Shown here one piece after another: positions 60,505 through 64,000 of a stretch of DNA of 64,000 nucleotides. This stretch comes from Mobula hypostoma. Its lineage: Eukaryota. Below the pieces are notes generated by a model. The model saw nothing but the letters and a program-made list of their open reading frames with translations. It did not search any database and was not told the DNA's origin. The DNA is taken from NCBI RefSeq assembly GCF_963921235.1, contig NC_086109.1, forward strand, positions 10,604,001 through 10,668,000, in the 5' to 3' direction. A program made the position numbers and the translations under genes. The number at the start of each line of letters is the position of its first letter. Position 1 is the first letter of the stretch.

Positions 60505-61254
60505 CGTGTTCTCAACAATTGATTGTTACAGAGACACAAAGGAGATACACTGTGAGTTCAGGTGACCAGCACTTGGATAATGACAGAGTTTTCAGGGGTG
60601 ATGAAAGCAATGAGGGAGGTGGAGTCATTCAAGGATGGAGTTCCATGCTTAATCCTTGCCAGCAGAAGGCAGAGGTACCAGTGGCAGAAAGGCGAATTCA
60701 TGTCTGTCACAAGGCCAAGGGGACGGGTCTGAAGTAGGTTGCAGTAGGTTGCAGAGCTGGGGAAGGAGTGAGGTGGAAACTGAAAGCAAGAATGTGAATT
60801 TTAAATTTGAGATGTTGCTTAAGTGGGTGCCAAAGTAGGTCAATGAGCGAAGAGCTATTGGATGAACAGCACTGGTGAGAATTGGGGCATCAACAGAGGA
60901 GTATCTTTTTGAACTTATTTTTTTCCTATTTCCTCTGCTGATGATTGTGACTTACACTCACTGTGGTCACATGCACTGGGTTCCCCCTTGCAAGAGGAAC
61001 AGCAACAGAAGAAGGCAATGGCAAACCACTTCTGCGGAAAAATTTATTAAGAACAATCATGATCGTAGACTATGATCGCCCACGTCATATGACACGGCGC
61101 GTAACAAATGACATCGAAGCATTAAAATATATGGTGAAAAGCGTCCTTTTGTGTTAACGACCAACACAGTCTGAGGATTGTGCTGGAGGCAGCCCACAAG
61201 CGTTGACACGCTTCCAACAGCAACGTAACAGGCCCACACCTCACTAACCCTAAG

Positions 61255-61738
61255 AAGTTTGGTATGGGCCCCCAAATTCTAAGAACATTCTATAGGGGCA
61301 CAATTGAGAGCATCCTGACTGGCTGCATCACTGCCTGGTATGGGAACTGTACTTCCCTCAATCGCAGGACTCTGCAGAGAGTGGTGCGGACAGCCCAGTG
61401 CATCTGTAAATGTGAACTTACCGCTATTCAGGATATTTACAAAGACAGGTGTGTAAAAAAGGCCTGAAGGATCATTGGAGACCCAAGTCACCCCAGCCAC
61501 AAACTGTTCCAGCTGCTACTATCTGAGAAACAATACAGCAGCATAAAAGCCAGGACCAACAGGCTCCAGGACAGCTTCTTCCACCAGGCCATCAACTAAT
61601 TAATTCATGCTGACGTGACTATATTTCTTTGCTATATTGACTATCCTGTTGTACATAATACATGTTATAAGTTATTATAATTGCACATTGCACATTTAGA
61701 CAGAGACGTAATGTAAAGATTTTTACTCCTCGTGTATA
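61255..61738 (+). mobile_element. Rex1/Babar LINE 3' fragment (tail resumes at about 62440-62475)
   Basis: FYRGTIESILTGCITAWYGNCT...; tail AATAAAGT(CAATT)n lies after a CR1 insertion. Confidence 0.8.
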
Positions 61739-62437
61739 TAAGACCATAAGACCATAAGACAAAGGAGCAAAAGTCGGCCATTTGGTCCATCGAGTCTGCT
61801 CCGCCATTTTATCATGAGCTGATCCATTCTCCCATTTAGTTCCACTCCCCCGCCTTCTCACCATAACCTTTGATGCCCTGGCTACTCAGATACCTATCAA
61901 TCTCTGCCTTAAATACACCCAGTGACTTGGCCTCCACTGCTGCCCGTGGCAACAAATTCCATAGATTCACCACCCTCTGACTAAAAAAATTTTTTCGCAT
62001 TTCTGTTCTAAATGGGCTCCCTTCAATCCTTAAGTCATGCCCTCTCGTACTAGACTCCCCCATCATGGGAAACAACTTTGCCACATTCACTCTGTCCATG
62101 CCTGTCAATAATTCGAAATGTTTCTATGAAGTCTCCTCTCATTCTTCTAAACTCCAAGGAATACAGTCCAAGAGCGGACAAATGTTCCACATATGTTAAC
62201 CCTCTCATTCCCGGAATCATTCTAGTGAATCTTCTCTGTACCCTCTCCAATGTCAGCACATCCTTTCTTAAATAAGGAGACCAAAACTGCCCACACTACT
62301 CCAAGTGAGGTCTCACCAGCGCCTTATAGAGCCTCAACATCACATCCCTGCTCCTATACTCTATTCCTCCAGAAATGAATGCCAACATTGCATTCGCCTT
62401 CTTCACCACCGACTCAACCTGGAAGTTAACCTTAAGG
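61739..62437 (-). mobile_element. CR1 LINE 3' fragment
   Basis: LERVQRRFTRMIPGM...LGLYSLEFRRMRGD / FFSQRVVNLWNLLP; (TGGTCTTA)n tail. Confidence 0.88.
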
Positions 62438-63824
62438 GCATATGAAGGATGTAAGTAATAAAGTCAATTCAATTCCTATGTCTTTGGAAAGTGGGAGGAA
62501 GCTGGAGAGGCCAGAGGAAACCCACACAGTCACCGGGAGATGCAATCCCATCTACTGAGACAGTGACGCAGGAGGTAGATGAATTAGAATTGATTTATTA
62601 TTGTCACATGTACAGAAGTACAGTGAAAATGGAACTACGTCACTCTCAAGCTCAGCGGTCATTCTTTCCATTCTAAGTCCTGGTGAAGAATCTCGACCTG
62701 AGACGTCGACAGTTTCTTCCCGCACTGAATTGCTCCAGCAGTCCTTTTTTTTGTCGCTCCAGATTCCACCATCATAGTCCTTTGTATCTCTGCTTTCCTG
62801 AAATTTCTTTTACAACGGGATTGTATCTTTATCTTTTCTTATAGCACAAATATGGATTTAAAATAGTCTTTCTTTTCATTGGTTTATCAAGGTCTAGAAA
62901 ACTAACTTAGACATTTTCCATGAATTCATCTGCCACCTTATTGCTACCAGAGTCATGGTGTTATAGAGACTGAAAATGGGTTCTTAACCCCACATCATCT
63001 GTGATGACCAAATCGTCCACTTGAGCTAGTCCTATTTCCCTACATTTGATCCATATCCCTCTAAACTGCTCCTATCCGTTTATCTGGCCAAATATCTTGT
63101 AAACCTTGTGATTTTTCCCATCTCTATCCCTTCTGCTGGCAGCTTATTCAATACAGTCACCAGCCTTTGTATGAAAAGCTTGCCCCACAGATTCCTTCTA
63201 AGTCTTTCCCTCTCACTTGAAACCTATGCCCTCTACTTTTAGATGGTCCTCTCCTGGAGAGAGACCAAGACCATTCACCTTATCAATGCTCTTCATTATT
63301 TTATCATAGCACATGTCCTCCAATCCAGGTCATTCTTGAGAAATCTCCTCTGCACCCTTTCGAAGACCTCAACATCCTTCCTAGGATAGCTGACCTGAAC
63401 TGAGCACAGTACTCTACTTGTGGTCTAACCAGAGTTTTATAAGTCAATTATGATGAGCCTCTTTCTTGAGCCACTGCTGTCCAGGAGTGAAAGTACGGCC
63501 ACAGAGCTCTTTGGGCAAAAAAATCAAGGATTTGGATCTCGCGATGATGAGGAGCTGATTAGTGAATATTCAAGACGCGAGGACAGTGGTCCCAGCACCT
63601 GTTTTAATTCTACTTCCCATTCCCATTCCAACATGTCAAGGCCAAGTCATTGGGTATATTTAAAGCGGAGGTTGGCTGGTTCTTGATTAGTAAGGGTCAA
63701 AGATTATGGGGAGCAGGCAGGAGACTGGGGTTGAGAGAGATAATAAACCAGCCATGATGGAAAGCTGGAGCAGACTCGATGGGCTGAATAGTCTAAATTT
63801 GCTCCTATGTCTTGTGGTCTTATG

Positions 63825-64000
63825 TTGGTCCATCATCTCCTCTGCCACGATGAGGCCACACTCAGGTTGGAGGAGCAACACCTCATATTCCATCTGGATA
63901 GTCACCTGATGGCATGAACATTGATTTCTTTAACTTCCAGTAGTTTCTTCCACTCCTCCTCTCTTTTCCAACCCCCAGTCCTTCTCCTCACTCGGCCCAT
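63825..64000 (+). mobile_element. Penelope-like fragment (runs off the window)
   Basis: GATGAGGCCACACTCAGGTTGGAGGAGCAACACCTCATATTCC (DEATLRLEEQHLIF). Confidence 0.75.

Overview
Eukaryotic, repeat-saturated non-coding DNA, intronic or intergenic. It most likely comes from a cartilaginous fish such as a ray; this is an inference from the repeat repertoire (V-SINEs/HE1-like SINEs, CR1/HER1-like, Rex1/Babar, RTE and Penelope elements). I recognise no host protein-coding gene, and nearly all ORFs in the track are transposon remnants or low-complexity artefacts. Main elements: (1) an essentially full-length, young RTE-clade LINE at 26139-30130 (-), encoding APE endonuclease, RT and a C-terminal C2H2 finger. 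It has two premature stops and an unusual CpG-rich 5' extension that may be a 5' transduction. (2) Many Penelope-like elements carrying a minimal hammerhead ribozyme (CUGAnGA...GAAACGUC). Several form TSD-flanked palindromic insertions of about 0.18-1 kb, and the ribozyme core decays at CpG sites. (3) Young CR1 3' fragments. (4) A second, degraded RTE and RTE-tailed SINEs. (5) A young ~690-bp Rex1-type non-autonomous family (3 copies). (6) Several hAT and Tc1 MITEs, one with a 5-bp TSD, a Chapaev3-like transposase remnant, and an L1/Tx1 3' fragment. A pair of candidate minus-strand exons with strong splice signals lies at 9236-9330 and 9867-9975 (low confidence). All alignments and boundaries were judged by eye and are approximate unless TSDs or TIRs are quoted.
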